Assembly (NCBI GenBank): GCA_026387835.1
Contig: JAPLKZ010000013.1
Coordinates: 133,874 to 165,873 of the forward strand
Direction of reading: 5' to 3'
DNA length: 32,000 nt
Source of the DNA: Candidatus Saganbacteria bacterium
GTDB lineage: Bacteria; Margulisbacteria; WOR-1; JAKLHX01
How positions within the stretch are numbered: position 1 is the stretch's first letter; every line of letters starts with the position of its first letter. The notes beneath the pieces are model-generated. The model was not told the origin of the DNA and did no database searches. It was given only the letters and a program-made list of their open reading frames with translations. Below, one piece after another: positions 7,546 through 16,737 of the stretch. The translations under genes and the position numbers were made by a program.

Positions 7546-9600
7546 ATGGCAAAGACCAACTTTTTACTTGAGATAGGAGTGGAGGAAGTGCCGGCAAGGT
7601 TCCTTGACGGGGTGCTTCAAAGCCTCTGCGAAAACGTAAAAAAGGCGCTCGAAGAACGCCGCGTCGGCTTTGACGCGATACAAGTTTGCGGGACGATGAA
7701 AAGGCTGGTGCTTTTTGTCGAAGGCATTTTGGAAAAACAGCAGGACATGATGTCCGAAGTTAAAGGCCCGCCCAAGAAGATCGCGTTCAACCCGGACGGC
7801 ACAGCCACAAAAGCCGCTTTGGGATTTGCCGCTTCGCAGGACCTAAAACCAAAAGACCTTATTGTCAGGCAGACAAATGAAGGAGAGTATGTTTATGCCG
7901 TCAGGAACGAAAAAGGCATCAGCACTAAGAAAGTGCTTACAGACGTTATCCCGAAGGCAATACTCTCCATCCACCTGCCGATATCGATGAAATGGCAGGA
8001 CGGCGACATTTCTTTCATAAGGCCCATACATTATATTATGGCGTTCCTGGGCAAAGACCCGGTGAGATTTTCGGTAGGAAAAATATCCGCGTCAGACAAG
8101 ACTTTGGGACACAGGTTTTTGTCGGACTCTGTGATGCACGCCTATAATGGCGGCGCCGATCTGCAAAAATTCGAAGAATTTCTTGAAAAACTCGGGGTCA
8201 TGCTGGACCGGGAAAAAAGAAAAAGCCGGATAATCAAGGGCATAAAAAACCACGAGGAACGGACCAAGGAAAAAATATTCGCGGATGAAGACCTGATAAA
8301 TGAAGTCTCAAATATCGTCGAATATCCGCAGGTGCTTGAAGGCAAGTTCGACAGGCAGTTCATAATGGTCCTGCCGCAGGACGTGATCTATACGGTCGTG
8401 AAGAATCAGCAAAAATGCTTCCCTGCGCAGCAGAGCGGGTCCTTTTTGATCGTTGCCGACGGCGTGAAAGAGAAAGAGATAATATCAGGTTACGAGCAGG
8501 TCGTGAACGCGAGGCTGCACGATGCCAAATTCTTTTATGACGAGGACGTGAAGATACCGCTCGACAAGAACATCGAGAAGATGAAGAAGATCGTCTACCA
8601 CGAAAAGATAGGGAGCATGTGGGACAAGACACGTAGGATCGTAAAACTATCCTGCTGGCTTGCGGCTCAGCTCACCGATAACAAGGAGACGATCGCCCAG
8701 GTAGAGAGGGCCGCGGAGCTTTCAAAAGCCGACCTTGCAACGCATATGGTCGGCGAGTTCTCCAGCCTTGCCGGTGCGATGGGCAGGGAATACAGTCTTG
8801 TTGCCGGTGAGGATATTCGGATAAGCCGCGCGATATATGAACATTATCTTCCCAGGTTCGCGGGCGATGCGGTCCCTACGGAGGTCCAGGGAGCGGTAAT
8901 AGGGATAGCCGACCGGATGGATTCGATCGCATCCTGTTTCGCGGCGGATATTATCCCGACCGGGTCGGTAGACCCGTACGGGTTGAGAAGGGCGGCATCA
9001 GGCATCGTCTCCATAATGATGAAAAAAAACATCGGGATACCGCTTTCAAAGCTGGCCGAAAAAAGCATGGAGATCCTGAATATATCGGATGCCGGCAAAA
9101 AAGGCAGGATCATTGATTTCATAAAACAAAGGTTAAAAGTCGTGCTTGAAGGGGAAGGTGTCAGATATGATGTCTGTGATAGTGTCCTTGCGATCTCGGA
9201 CGATCTCATCCCCGCGTACTGCAAGGCGTTCGAAATAATGAAAGCACTTGAAGATGCCTGGTTAAAGGCAGTGATCCTTGCTGCGGACAGGATAAACAGG
9301 ATCGTCGGGGACGCCAAGACTTCAAATATCGATACCGAAGCATTCACGCAGAGTGAGGAAAGGGAACTTTACAGGAACTATTGCCAGATAAAAGATATTG
9401 TAAAGGAACATCTTTCGGGAAAAGAATATGCCAAGGCCCTTTTTGACTATAAGGTCATGACAAGGCCGGTCGACGTGTTCTTTGAAAAAGTCCTTGTGAT
9501 GCACCAGGATGATAAGGTCAGGGCTAACCGCCTGGCGCTTTTAAACGGTGTAAAAAGTCTCTATATGATGTTCGCTGATTTTTCAAAGATCGTTATTTAA
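7546..9600 (+). CDS. glyS: Glycine--tRNA ligase beta subunit
   Basis: The N-terminus is NFLLEIGVEEVPARFL. Further motifs are FIRPIHYIMAFLG, LGHRF, ERAAELSKADLATHMVGEFSSLAGAMGREY and DPYGLRRAA.GIV. The 684-aa length is typical. Confidence 0.95.
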   Translation: MAKTNFLLEIGVEEVPARFLDGVLQSLCENVKKALEERRVGFDAIQVCGTMKRLVLFVEGILEKQQDMMSEVKGPPKKIAFNPDGTATKAALGFAASQDLKPKDLIVRQTNEGEYVYAVRNEKGISTKKVLTDVIPKAILSIHLPISMKWQDGDISFIRPIHYIMAFLGKDPVRFSVGKISASDKTLGHRFLSDSVMHAYNGGADLQKFEEFLEKLGVMLDREKRKSRIIKGIKNHEERTKEKIFADEDLINEVSNIVEYPQVLEGKFDRQFIMVLPQDVIYTVVKNQQKCFPAQQSGSFLIVADGVKEKEIISGYEQVVNARLHDAKFFYDEDVKIPLDKNIEKMKKIVYHEKIGSMWDKTRRIVKLSCWLAAQLTDNKETIAQVERAAELSKADLATHMVGEFSSLAGAMGREYSLVAGEDIRISRAIYEHYLPRFAGDAVPTEVQGAVIGIADRMDSIASCFAADIIPTGSVDPYGLRRAASGIVSIMMKKNIGIPLSKLAEKSMEILNISDAGKKGRIIDFIKQRLKVVLEGEGVRYDVCDSVLAISDDLIPAYCKAFEIMKALEDAWLKAVILAADRINRIVGDAKTSNIDTEAFTQSEERELYRNYCQIKDIVKEHLSGKEYAKALFDYKVMTRPVDVFFEKVLVMHQDDKVRANRLALLNGVKSLYMMFADFSKIVI

Positions 9601-9615
9601 ATTGGGAGAACAAAA

Positions 9616-10881
9616 GTGAAGATGAAAAACCTGCTTATACCGACACTGCGGGAAGATCCTTCCGAAGCCGAGGTGATAAGCCACCGCCTGATGCTGAGGG
9701 CCGGTTATATCAGAAAGCTTGCGGCAGGCATCTATTCATACCTTCCCCTGATGAACAGGGTGCTAAAAAAGATAGAAAAGATCATCAGGCGCGAAATGGA
9801 CGCGGCCGGAGCTCAGGAGCTGCTTTTGCCGGCGGTCCAGCCGGCGGAGCTCTGGCAGGAAACGGGAAGATGGGATATCTACGGCAAAGAACTTATGAGG
9901 ATAAAGGACCGCCACGAGCGGGACTTCTGCCTGGGCCCGACGCATGAAGAAGTCATCACCGACCTTGTAAGGAACAACATCTCTTCTTACAAACAGCTTC
10001 CCGTCATGCTCTACCAGATACAGACCAAATTCCGCGACGAGATAAGGCCGAGGTTCGGGCTCATGCGAGGGAGAGAGTTCATAATGAAGGACTGCTACAG
10101 CTTTGACAGGGACCAGAAAGGGCTGGATGAGAGCTACAAAAAGATGAACAAAGCGTACTGCAACATATTTGACCGCTGCGGCCTGCGTTACCGTGTCGTT
10201 GAGGCGGATCCCGGAGCTATCGGAGGAGGATTTTCCCAGGAATTCATGGTGCTTGCAAATACCGGAGAGGACGAGATCGTTTATTGCAGCGACTGTTCTT
10301 TTGCGGTCTCCAAGGCTTTGTCAAATATCGAATCAGACAATTCCTGCCCAAGATGTTCAAAAGGCGTGCTTAAGATAGAAAGAGGCATCGAGGTCGGGCA
10401 CATATTCCAGCTCGGCACAAAATATTCCGAAAAAATGCAGGCGCTCTATCTTGACGAGGACGGCCTCCGCAAGCCCTATATTATGGGATGCTACGGCATA
10501 GGCGTGGGAAGGACCGCCGCGGCAGCCATAGAACAAAACCATGACGATAACGGCATCATATGGCCGGTACAGATAGCTCCGTTCCATGTCGCTGTGATCC
10601 CGGTAAACACTTCTGACCCGAAACAGATCGAAGCAGCGGAAAAGATCTACGGCGTCCTGATAGCAATGGGCATCGAAGCTCTGCTTGATGACAGGGATGA
10701 AAGGGCGGGGGTCAAGTTTAAGGACATGGACCTGATCGGGATACCGGTCAAGGTGATCATCGGCAAGGCTCTTTCGGACGGGAATGTGGAAATAGTTCTG
10801 AGAGCAGGCGGAAAAAAAGAAATAGTCGCACTGGAGACCGCAGCGGAAGCGGTCAAAAAGGCAGTATCATGTCAGTCCTGA
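9616..10881 (+). CDS. proS: Proline--tRNA ligase, bacterial type, lacking the INS editing domain
   Basis: Motifs are [100 protein letters not shown] and GCYGIGV.R. It is 421 aa against about 570 aa for INS-containing enzymes. The start is GTG with a GGGAGA SD. Confidence 0.93.
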   Translation: MKMKNLLIPTLREDPSEAEVISHRLMLRAGYIRKLAAGIYSYLPLMNRVLKKIEKIIRREMDAAGAQELLLPAVQPAELWQETGRWDIYGKELMRIKDRHERDFCLGPTHEEVITDLVRNNISSYKQLPVMLYQIQTKFRDEIRPRFGLMRGREFIMKDCYSFDRDQKGLDESYKKMNKAYCNIFDRCGLRYRVVEADPGAIGGGFSQEFMVLANTGEDEIVYCSDCSFAVSKALSNIESDNSCPRCSKGVLKIERGIEVGHIFQLGTKYSEKMQALYLDEDGLRKPYIMGCYGIGVGRTAAAAIEQNHDDNGIIWPVQIAPFHVAVIPVNTSDPKQIEAAEKIYGVLIAMGIEALLDDRDERAGVKFKDMDLIGIPVKVIIGKALSDGNVEIVLRAGGKKEIVALETAAEAVKKAVSCQS

Positions 10882-11777
10882 TAGCGGGCACAGTAGCCCT
10901 TGACGACCTTAAGACCCCGTTCGGCGAAAGGAAGAACGTGCTCGGAGGCTCGGCGGTGCATGCAAGCGTTTCCGCCGGTTTTTTTTCACCGGTAAAGCTC
11001 CTCAGCATAGTAGGAAGGGATTTCCCGAAAAGACATCTGGACTTTTTAAGTTCAAGGCGCATAGACCTGAAAGGCCTTAAGATCTCGAAAGGAAAGACTT
11101 TCCACTGGGAAGGGTTCTATGAATATGACATGAACCAGGCCCATTCGGTCAGGACGGACCTTAATGTGTTGACGCTGTTCGATCACAAGCTCCCCCGGGG
11201 ATATGAAAAATGCGAATATGTGTTCCTTGCCAATATCGATCCGGAAATACAGCTCAGGATAATATCACAATTAAAAAAGCCGAAGCTCATCGTCGCGGAC
11301 ACGATGAATTACTGGATATCGAACAAACGCAGAGCGCTTGAAAAAGTGATAAAAAAAGTAGATATCATGCTTTTAAACGATATGGAAGCAAGGCAGCTGA
11401 CGGGTAGTCCCAACCTGATACGCGCCGCCTCGGACGTGCTTAAAGCCGGGGCAAAGTATGTTATAATAAAAAAAGGAGAGCACGGAGCCCTTCTTTTTTC
11501 AAAAAAATCACATTTTTCGGCACCATCATACCCGCAGGAAAAATTGACGGACCCGACAGGAGCAGGCGACAGTTTCGCGGGCGGCTTCATAGGTTATCTT
11601 GCAAAGAGCGGGGATCTGAGCGGCAGGAATATGAGGAAAGCCGTGATAGTGGGAACGGTAATGGCGTCCTTTAACGTCGAGGATTTTTCGCTCGACGCTT
11701 TAAGGAGATTAAAATACAGAGATATCATCGGAAGATTCAAAAAAATAAAGAAATATTCGCATTTTGACGGAATTTAA
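10869..11777 (+). CDS. PfkB-family carbohydrate/nucleoside kinase
   Basis: It carries the C-terminal PfkB signature [17 protein letters not shown] and the N-terminal LGGSAVHAS. It is 302 aa and overlaps the proS end by 13 nt. Confidence 0.85.
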   Translation: MSVLIAGTVALDDLKTPFGERKNVLGGSAVHASVSAGFFSPVKLLSIVGRDFPKRHLDFLSSRRIDLKGLKISKGKTFHWEGFYEYDMNQAHSVRTDLNVLTLFDHKLPRGYEKCEYVFLANIDPEIQLRIISQLKKPKLIVADTMNYWISNKRRALEKVIKKVDIMLLNDMEARQLTGSPNLIRAASDVLKAGAKYVIIKKGEHGALLFSKKSHFSAPSYPQEKLTDPTGAGDSFAGGFIGYLAKSGDLSGRNMRKAVIVGTVMASFNVEDFSLDALRRLKYRDIIGRFKKIKKYSHFDGI

Positions 11778-11819
11778 TAGAACTGTTCTGCAAAGCATTA
11801 AACCGAAAGGAGCCTAAAA

Positions 11820-12518
11820 GTGTTCAAAAGATTTGAGTCCGCGGCGAAGATCCTTTTTCAGTCAGGGTTAAATGATTCTCACAGCGGCAACATCAGCTCA
11901 AAGGAAAGCGACGGCATATTCATCACATCAAGGTTCGCGATACCGGCGCTTTTAAAAGAGCAGGATATTATCCTGGTCGACAGCGAAAAAAGCGGCGATA
12001 ACGATGCTTTAGCTTCGCGGGATCTTCCTATACACAGGGCGATCTATCAAAGCTCTACGGCTAAAGCGGTAATACACGCGCATCTGCCGAGCGCATTGGC
12101 GCTGTCAATAACCGAGAACAAGATACTGCCGCAGGATACGAAAGGCCAGGCACTATTTCCCCAGGGGCTTTCAATACTTAAACCAAGGCAGGGCGCGGAA
12201 AAAGAAGAGCTGATCAGGATGATAATTCCCGTTCTTGGTCCGGTCCCGGGAGCCGTGGTGATAAAAGGATACGGGGTATTTGCTTACGGCAATTCGATCG
12301 AAGAAGCTCTTGAGATAATCACAGCTCTTGAGATGTCGTCCAAAGTCTGGCTTTCCACAAAACTGATACCGCAAAAAATAAGCCAGGGCCAAAGCATGGG
12401 CCATAACCAGGGACAGCGCACGTTCGAACACCGCAAAAGGACCGCTATTCCTCCGGGCATCGGAGTTATGGACCGCAGGAGCGGGATAAGCAGCTACCGC
12501 CGAGACAAGAACAGATAA
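11820..12518 (+). CDS. Class II aldolase/adducin-domain protein with a basic C-terminal tail
   Basis: Matches to the FucA/MtnB fold are HSGNISSK, PIHRAIYQSS, AVIHAHLPSA and GYGVFAYGNSIEEAL. The start is GTG preceded by GAAAGGAG. The last 50 aa or so (QKISQGQSMGHNQGQRTFEHRKRTAIPPGIGVMDRRSGISSYRRDKNR) are not part of the fold. Confidence 0.7.
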   Translation: MFKRFESAAKILFQSGLNDSHSGNISSKESDGIFITSRFAIPALLKEQDIILVDSEKSGDNDALASRDLPIHRAIYQSSTAKAVIHAHLPSALALSITENKILPQDTKGQALFPQGLSILKPRQGAEKEELIRMIIPVLGPVPGAVVIKGYGVFAYGNSIEEALEIITALEMSSKVWLSTKLIPQKISQGQSMGHNQGQRTFEHRKRTAIPPGIGVMDRRSGISSYRRDKNR

Positions 12519-12523
12519 AGCCC

Positions 12524-14689
12524 ATGCAGGACATCACGGAACTTTTAGAAAAAATAAAGTTTTACGCTCCTTCCGCTGATCTTGCGCTTGTCCAGAAAGC
12601 CGCGGATTTTTCCTCGAAAGTTCACGAGGGGCAAAAACGCCTTTCGGGAGACCCTTATATTTCGCATCCCATTGCCGTGGCAAAGATACTTGCCGAGCTG
12701 GAGCAGGACTCTACCACGATCGCAGCGGCCCTCCTTCACGATACCATTGAAGACGCTTCCGTAGACGAGAAGACCCTCACAAGAGAGTTCGGCGGCACAA
12801 TCACAAAACTGGTCGCGGGAATTACAAAACTGCGGCAGCTTACGTTCGAGTCAAGGGAACAGCGGCAGGCGGAAAATTTCAGGAAGATGTTCTTCGCGAT
12901 GGCAGAGGATATCCGAATAATAATCATCAAGCTTGCCGACCGGCTGCACAATATGAAGACCCTCGATTTTTTATCCGGCGACAGACAGCTCGACATTGCG
13001 GCTGAGACAAGAGAGATCTATGCTCCGCTTGCGCACAGGCTCGGCATGTGGCGCCTTAAGTGGGAGCTTGAAGACCTTTCATTTTATTATCTTGAACGGG
13101 ATAAATATGACAGCATCAAGAACCTGGTCAACCAGAAGAGGGAAGAGCGGGAAAAGTTCGTGAACGAGTTCATCGCTCAGGTGACCCAGGCGGTATTAAA
13201 AGTGGAGATCAACGCTTCGATAGCGGGAAGGTCAAAACATTTTTACAGCATATACAACAAGATCGTGCAGAAGAACGTCGAGTTCGACGACATATACGAT
13301 CTCATCGCGATACGCGTCATAGTAGATTCCGTTAAGGATTGTTACGCGGTGCTTGGCGTCATCCATTCTATATGGAAACCTATCCCCGGCAGGTTCCGTG
13401 ATTTTATTGCGATCCCTAAATCCAACGGCTACCAGTCGCTGCACACTACGGTGATGGGTTCCTTCGGAAAACCAGTGGAGATACAGATCAGGACAAAAGA
13501 GATGCATAAAGTGGCAGAATACGGCGTTGCGGCGCACTGGCGGTATAAAGAAGGCGCGACCGACAGTGATTTTGACGCGAAACTCGCGTGGCTTAGGCAA
13601 ATGCTCGAATACCAGAAAGAGGTGAAGGACGCAAAGGACTTTCTGGAGAACCTCAAAATAGACCTTTTCATTGACGAAGTCTTTGTATATTCGCCTAAAG
13701 GTGATGTGTATGACCTTCCTATAGACGCGACGCCGGTGGATTTCGCCTATCATGTCCACACCCAGGTCGGCCACAGGTGCGTAGGAGCTAAGGTGAACGG
13801 AAAGATCGTGCCGCTTGATCACAGGCTGAGCAACGGCGATATAGTTGAGATATTAACGAGCAATAAGGATAACCCCAAACTCAACTGGCTCAATTTTGTC
13901 AGGACCTCTGGAGGAAAGACAAAGATAAAACAGTGGTTCAAGAAGCAGAAAAGGGAAGAAAACATTGACAGGGGAAAAGCTTCTTTCGAGGAAGAGTTAA
14001 AAAGCATCGGAGTAAACGACCTCTCGGTGATCACCGACAGCATATTAAAGGATATTTATGAAAAGCATAATGCCGGAACAAAGGAAGACCTTTTTGCTCT
14101 TATCGGGAACGGCGAACTTTCCTCCGTCCAGCTTGCCAGGGAGTGCAGAAAATCGTTAGAAAAGAACAATATCATCGAAACGGCAGAAGAAGAGATCCCC
14201 AGGGTAAAAACCGCGCCGCAAAAAGAAAAAAAGACAAAGCAGGGTATAAATGTCCGCGGCATGGATAATATCCTGATACGGCTCGGGAAATGCTGTTTCC
14301 CGCTTCCGGGCGATGAAATAATCGGGTTCGTCACAAAGGGCCGCGGCATTACCGTCCACAGGCTTGACTGCAGTAACGTTGCCGAGGCAAAAGATATAAA
14401 TAATAAAGTCGTGGAGGTGGAATGGGACAAACTCAGCGAGACCGCATATCCGGTCAATATTGAGATCGAGGCTTTTGACAGGGTAGGAGTATTAAAAGAC
14501 ATATTGTCCCAGATATCCGAGACAAAGACCAATATTGAATCGGCCGAGATCAGGACAAAGCGCGGCAGCAGCGCGATACTCAACCTTGTGGTCGACGTAA
14601 GGGATACAACGCACCTTAAGATCGTGACGGATGCCATACGCAAGATCTCGGACGTGTATGATGTCCATCGTTTTGCCGCGGTAAAATAA
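12524..14689 (+). CDS. relA: Bifunctional (p)ppGpp synthetase/hydrolase of the RelA/SpoT (Rel) family
   Basis: HD hydrolase motifs are YISHPIAVA, LLHDTIEDA and ADRLHNM. Synthetase motifs are RSKHFYSIYNK, YDLIAIRVIV and GYQSLHTTV. The TGS region (VYSPKGDVYDLP.DATPVDFAYHVHT..GHRC.GAKVNGK.VPL) and a C-terminal ACT-like region (ISETKTNIESAEI) are present. Length is 721 aa. Confidence 0.95.
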   Translation: MQDITELLEKIKFYAPSADLALVQKAADFSSKVHEGQKRLSGDPYISHPIAVAKILAELEQDSTTIAAALLHDTIEDASVDEKTLTREFGGTITKLVAGITKLRQLTFESREQRQAENFRKMFFAMAEDIRIIIIKLADRLHNMKTLDFLSGDRQLDIAAETREIYAPLAHRLGMWRLKWELEDLSFYYLERDKYDSIKNLVNQKREEREKFVNEFIAQVTQAVLKVEINASIAGRSKHFYSIYNKIVQKNVEFDDIYDLIAIRVIVDSVKDCYAVLGVIHSIWKPIPGRFRDFIAIPKSNGYQSLHTTVMGSFGKPVEIQIRTKEMHKVAEYGVAAHWRYKEGATDSDFDAKLAWLRQMLEYQKEVKDAKDFLENLKIDLFIDEVFVYSPKGDVYDLPIDATPVDFAYHVHTQVGHRCVGAKVNGKIVPLDHRLSNGDIVEILTSNKDNPKLNWLNFVRTSGGKTKIKQWFKKQKREENIDRGKASFEEELKSIGVNDLSVITDSILKDIYEKHNAGTKEDLFALIGNGELSSVQLARECRKSLEKNNIIETAEEEIPRVKTAPQKEKKTKQGINVRGMDNILIRLGKCCFPLPGDEIIGFVTKGRGITVHRLDCSNVAEAKDINNKVVEVEWDKLSETAYPVNIEIEAFDRVGVLKDILSQISETKTNIESAEIRTKRGSSAILNLVVDVRDTTHLKIVTDAIRKISDVYDVHRFAAVK

Positions 14690-14709
14690 GCATTATTCCC
14701 CGCTTTTTT
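14678..14709 (+). terminator. Candidate intrinsic terminator overlapping the relA stop codon
   Basis: GCGG (14678-81) pairs with CCGC (14700-03). An inner stem AATAA/TTATT has a GCA loop. A T6 tract follows at 14704-14709. The stems are short and interrupted. Confidence 0.35.
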
Positions 14710-14726
14710 GATATAATCAAGATAAT
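14709..14726 (+). promoter_or_regulatory. Candidate extended -10 promoter (TGaTATAAT) 9 nt upstream of the SD-less holB ATG
   Basis: TG lies at 14709-14710 and TATAAT at 14712-14717. The ATG is at 14727 with no SD in between. The element sits directly after the terminator-like hairpin. Confidence 0.25.
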
Positions 14727-15494
14727 ATGCCGTTCAATGATCTTAAGGGGGAAGACCGCGCAAAAAGGATGCTGCTTGGTGCATTCAACAGGCAGCGTAT
14801 CGCGGGCGCCTACCTTTTTTGCGGCCAGGACATCGAAAAAATAATGCTCTTTACAAAAGAGTTTGCCAAGCTGTTGAATTGCGGGCAGTCCTGCGGCGGA
14901 TGCCTGACCTGCAGGAAGATCGAGAACTCGGTCCATCCCGACTACATCGTGATAAGACCCGAAGGGAAAAAAGGCATCATAAAGATCGACCGTATCAGAG
15001 AGCTGAAAGACAGGATATCAATAGGGCCTTCCGAAGGAAAGCGGCTTGTTGCGGTCATAGAGGGAGCGGATAATATCGAAGCGGCCGCCGCCAACAGTGC
15101 TTTGAAGATACTGGAAGAGCCTCCGGAAAAAGTGGTCATCATCCTTGTCGTATCGAGGATCGAGAACCTGCCGAAAACGGTCGTTTCGAGGTGCCAGAGG
15201 ATCATATTTTCAGGTCTTCCGCAGGAAAGTCCGGAGCATGTCGATATCCCGGAAAGCAGCGAGATACCGGACCTTCTGGATTATTCGGTCTCGATATCTT
15301 CCGGTTTCGGCGAAGGGGAAAGAAAGAATGTCGAGAATAAACTGGCGGCCCTTTTGATCAAATTCAGGGAGATGAAAAAAATCAAAGAAGCAAAAGCCGT
15401 TCTGAACGCCGTCAGGGACATAAAGAGAATGGCAAACATGAGAATAACGCTTGACAACATGTCTCTTGCTTTCAGAGGAGCGTCCCATGAATAA
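14727..15494 (+). CDS. holB: DNA polymerase III delta-prime subunit (short form)
   Basis: Motifs are AYLF.G, the Zn module C..C..C..C (CGQSCGGCLTCRKI), HPDY, the sensor region ANSALKILEEPP and SRCQ. Length is 255 aa. Confidence 0.88.
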   Translation: MPFNDLKGEDRAKRMLLGAFNRQRIAGAYLFCGQDIEKIMLFTKEFAKLLNCGQSCGGCLTCRKIENSVHPDYIVIRPEGKKGIIKIDRIRELKDRISIGPSEGKRLVAVIEGADNIEAAAANSALKILEEPPEKVVIILVVSRIENLPKTVVSRCQRIIFSGLPQESPEHVDIPESSEIPDLLDYSVSISSGFGEGERKNVENKLAALLIKFREMKKIKEAKAVLNAVRDIKRMANMRITLDNMSLAFRGASHE

Positions 15495-16143
15495 AGGTCT
15501 GGGAGTTAAATTCAGGAAGTTCAACAATATCTCTCCGCTCAAGGGCTACAAGCAGGAAAGCCTTAAGATCGGCGCGCCTGTGATCGTCGAGACCGATAGG
15601 GGCACCGAATACGGATGGATAGTGGTCATAAAAGGCGACAAAGGACGCCACGCCGGTACCGATATAAAATTGCGCAAGGTCCTGAGATACGCCGACGAAA
15701 AAGATACGGCCAAGGCCGACATGCTTGCTAAAAAGGAAAAAGAGCTTTTCTGCCAGGCCTGTTCCAGGATCACAACGAACCATATACCGATAAAGCTGCT
15801 TAATGCGGAAATAATGTTTGACGAAAGCAGGATGATACTTTACTATAAAATAACCGACGCGAAAAAGAACTTCCAGACAAAGGATGTTATAAAAGAACTC
15901 TCCGGGCTTTTCGGGATGAGGATCGAGATGCACATGATAAGCGCGAGGGACGAAGCGAGGATATTCTCGGGTTTCGGCATCTGCGGCCGTTCGCTATGCT
16001 GCAGCACTTTTCTTGAGGACTTTCCTCATGTGACGGTAAAGATATTGAAAGAGCAGGGAATAGCCATGAACCCGTCAAAAGTCTGCGGTATTTGCGGAAA
16101 ACTGCTTTGTTGTCTAAAATATGAATATGAAGGGAAGGAGTAA
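15487..16143 (+). CDS. yaaT: PSP1 C-terminal domain protein (YaaT/RicT family)
   Basis: The gene follows holB, a conserved synteny. PSP1 motifs are GAPVIVETDRGTEYG, RILRYA-like KVLRYADEKD and MILYYKITD. The C-terminal Cys cluster is CGRSLCCSTFL...CGICGKLLCCLKYE. The preferred start is ATG 15487, which overlaps the holB stop in ATGA fashion. The ORF-track start at 15451 lies inside holB. Confidence 0.85.
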   Translation: MNKGLGVKFRKFNNISPLKGYKQESLKIGAPVIVETDRGTEYGWIVVIKGDKGRHAGTDIKLRKVLRYADEKDTAKADMLAKKEKELFCQACSRITTNHIPIKLLNAEIMFDESRMILYYKITDAKKNFQTKDVIKELSGLFGMRIEMHMISARDEARIFSGFGICGRSLCCSTFLEDFPHVTVKILKEQGIAMNPSKVCGICGKLLCCLKYEYEGKE

Positions 16144-16153
16144 GGATCCCGTC

Positions 16154-16492
16154 ATGACCGAATGTGTTTTTTGCAAAATTGCCGGAGGGAAGATAAAATC
16201 TGATATCATATATCAGGATGATGATGTCGTTGCTTTTAACGATATGGATCCCCAGGCGCCGGTTCATATTCTTTTGGTACCTAAAGAGCATATTGAAAGG
16301 ATCGAAAAGGTAAAGGATCATTCAGTAGTCCAAAAGATATTTAAGGCGGCAAATAAGATAGTCAGGGAAAAGGGCCTTGAAAAAGACGGGTTCAGGATCG
16401 TGGTAAATTCAGGGCGTCACGGGGGGCAGGCGGTATTTCACCTGCACTTCCATCTTTTAGGGGGCAGGCAGATGACCTGGCCTCCCGGATAG
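16154..16492 (+). CDS. HIT-family (HINT-like) nucleotide hydrolase
   Basis: Motifs are CVFCKI, D.D.VAFNDM.PQAPVHILLVPKEHI and the histidine triad GGQAVFHLHFHLLGG. The preferred start is ATG 16154, downstream of an AAGGAG. The upstream ORF-track start at 16121 overlaps the yaaT end. Confidence 0.9.
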   Translation: MTECVFCKIAGGKIKSDIIYQDDDVVAFNDMDPQAPVHILLVPKEHIERIEKVKDHSVVQKIFKAANKIVREKGLEKDGFRIVVNSGRHGGQAVFHLHFHLLGGRQMTWPPG

Positions 16493-16502
16493 CGGGGTTT
16501 TT
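16483..16502 (+). terminator. Weak terminator-like hairpin plus T5 after the HIT gene
   Basis: TCCCG (16483-87) pairs with CGGGG (16093-97 equivalent positions 16493-16497), giving four G-C pairs and one G-U pair around the loop GATAG. TTTTT follows at 16498-16502. The stem is very short. Confidence 0.25.
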
Positions 16503-16536
16503 AGTTTAAGATTTATTTTGAGAAGGGGGGATTAAA

Positions 16537-16737
16537 TTGGCCAAGATCGAGATAAGAAAAGAAGAATCGATCGACAAGGCTCTCAGGAAATTCAAAAGCA
16601 AGATAAGAAAAGAAGGCATACTCGAAGAGATGAAGAGAAGGGAATTCTACGAGAAACCGTCCCAAAGAAGAAGACGCGAAAAAGCCCAGGCCGTAAAGCG
16701 CGAAAGAAGAAGACAAAGAGAATCAGATCTTCAATGA
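16537..16737 (+). CDS. rpsU: 30S ribosomal protein S21
   Basis: The sequence AKIEIRKEESIDKALRKFKSKIRKEGILEEMKRREFYEKPSQRRRREK is a near-consensus S21. The start is TTG preceded by GAAGGGGGG. Confidence 0.92.
   Translation: MAKIEIRKEESIDKALRKFKSKIRKEGILEEMKRREFYEKPSQRRRREKAQAVKRERRRQRESDLQ

Noticed and set aside
11780-11790. A perfect small palindrome, AGAAC-T-GTTCT, in the spacer between the PfkB kinase and the aldolase-like gene. It superficially resembles a GAAC/GTTC (Cheo/LexA-type) box.
   Set aside because: The centre spacing is 1 nt against 4 nt for the Cheo box. The stem is only 5 bp with no U-tract, so it is not a terminator. No SOS-type gene follows, so it is probably fortuitous.
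11808-11818. The identical 11-mer GAAAGGAGCCT occurs upstream of two unrelated genes, at 11808-11818 and 20207-20217.
   Set aside because: Both copies are Shine-Dalgarno regions complementary to the anti-SD, placed 4-5 nt before a start codon. The shared extra bases are most simply coincidence and do not indicate a repeat element.
15451-15486. Upstream-extended start codons offered by the ORF track: 15451 for PSP1, 16121 for HIT, 17741 for the TPR protein, 22326 for the GT28 gene and 132 for flgI.
   Set aside because: Each extension lies inside the preceding gene and adds residues unrelated to the family. Downstream ATGs at 15487, 16154, 17804 and 22359 give ATGA-type coupling or a proper SD and canonical N-termini. 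flgI is simply truncated by the window edge.
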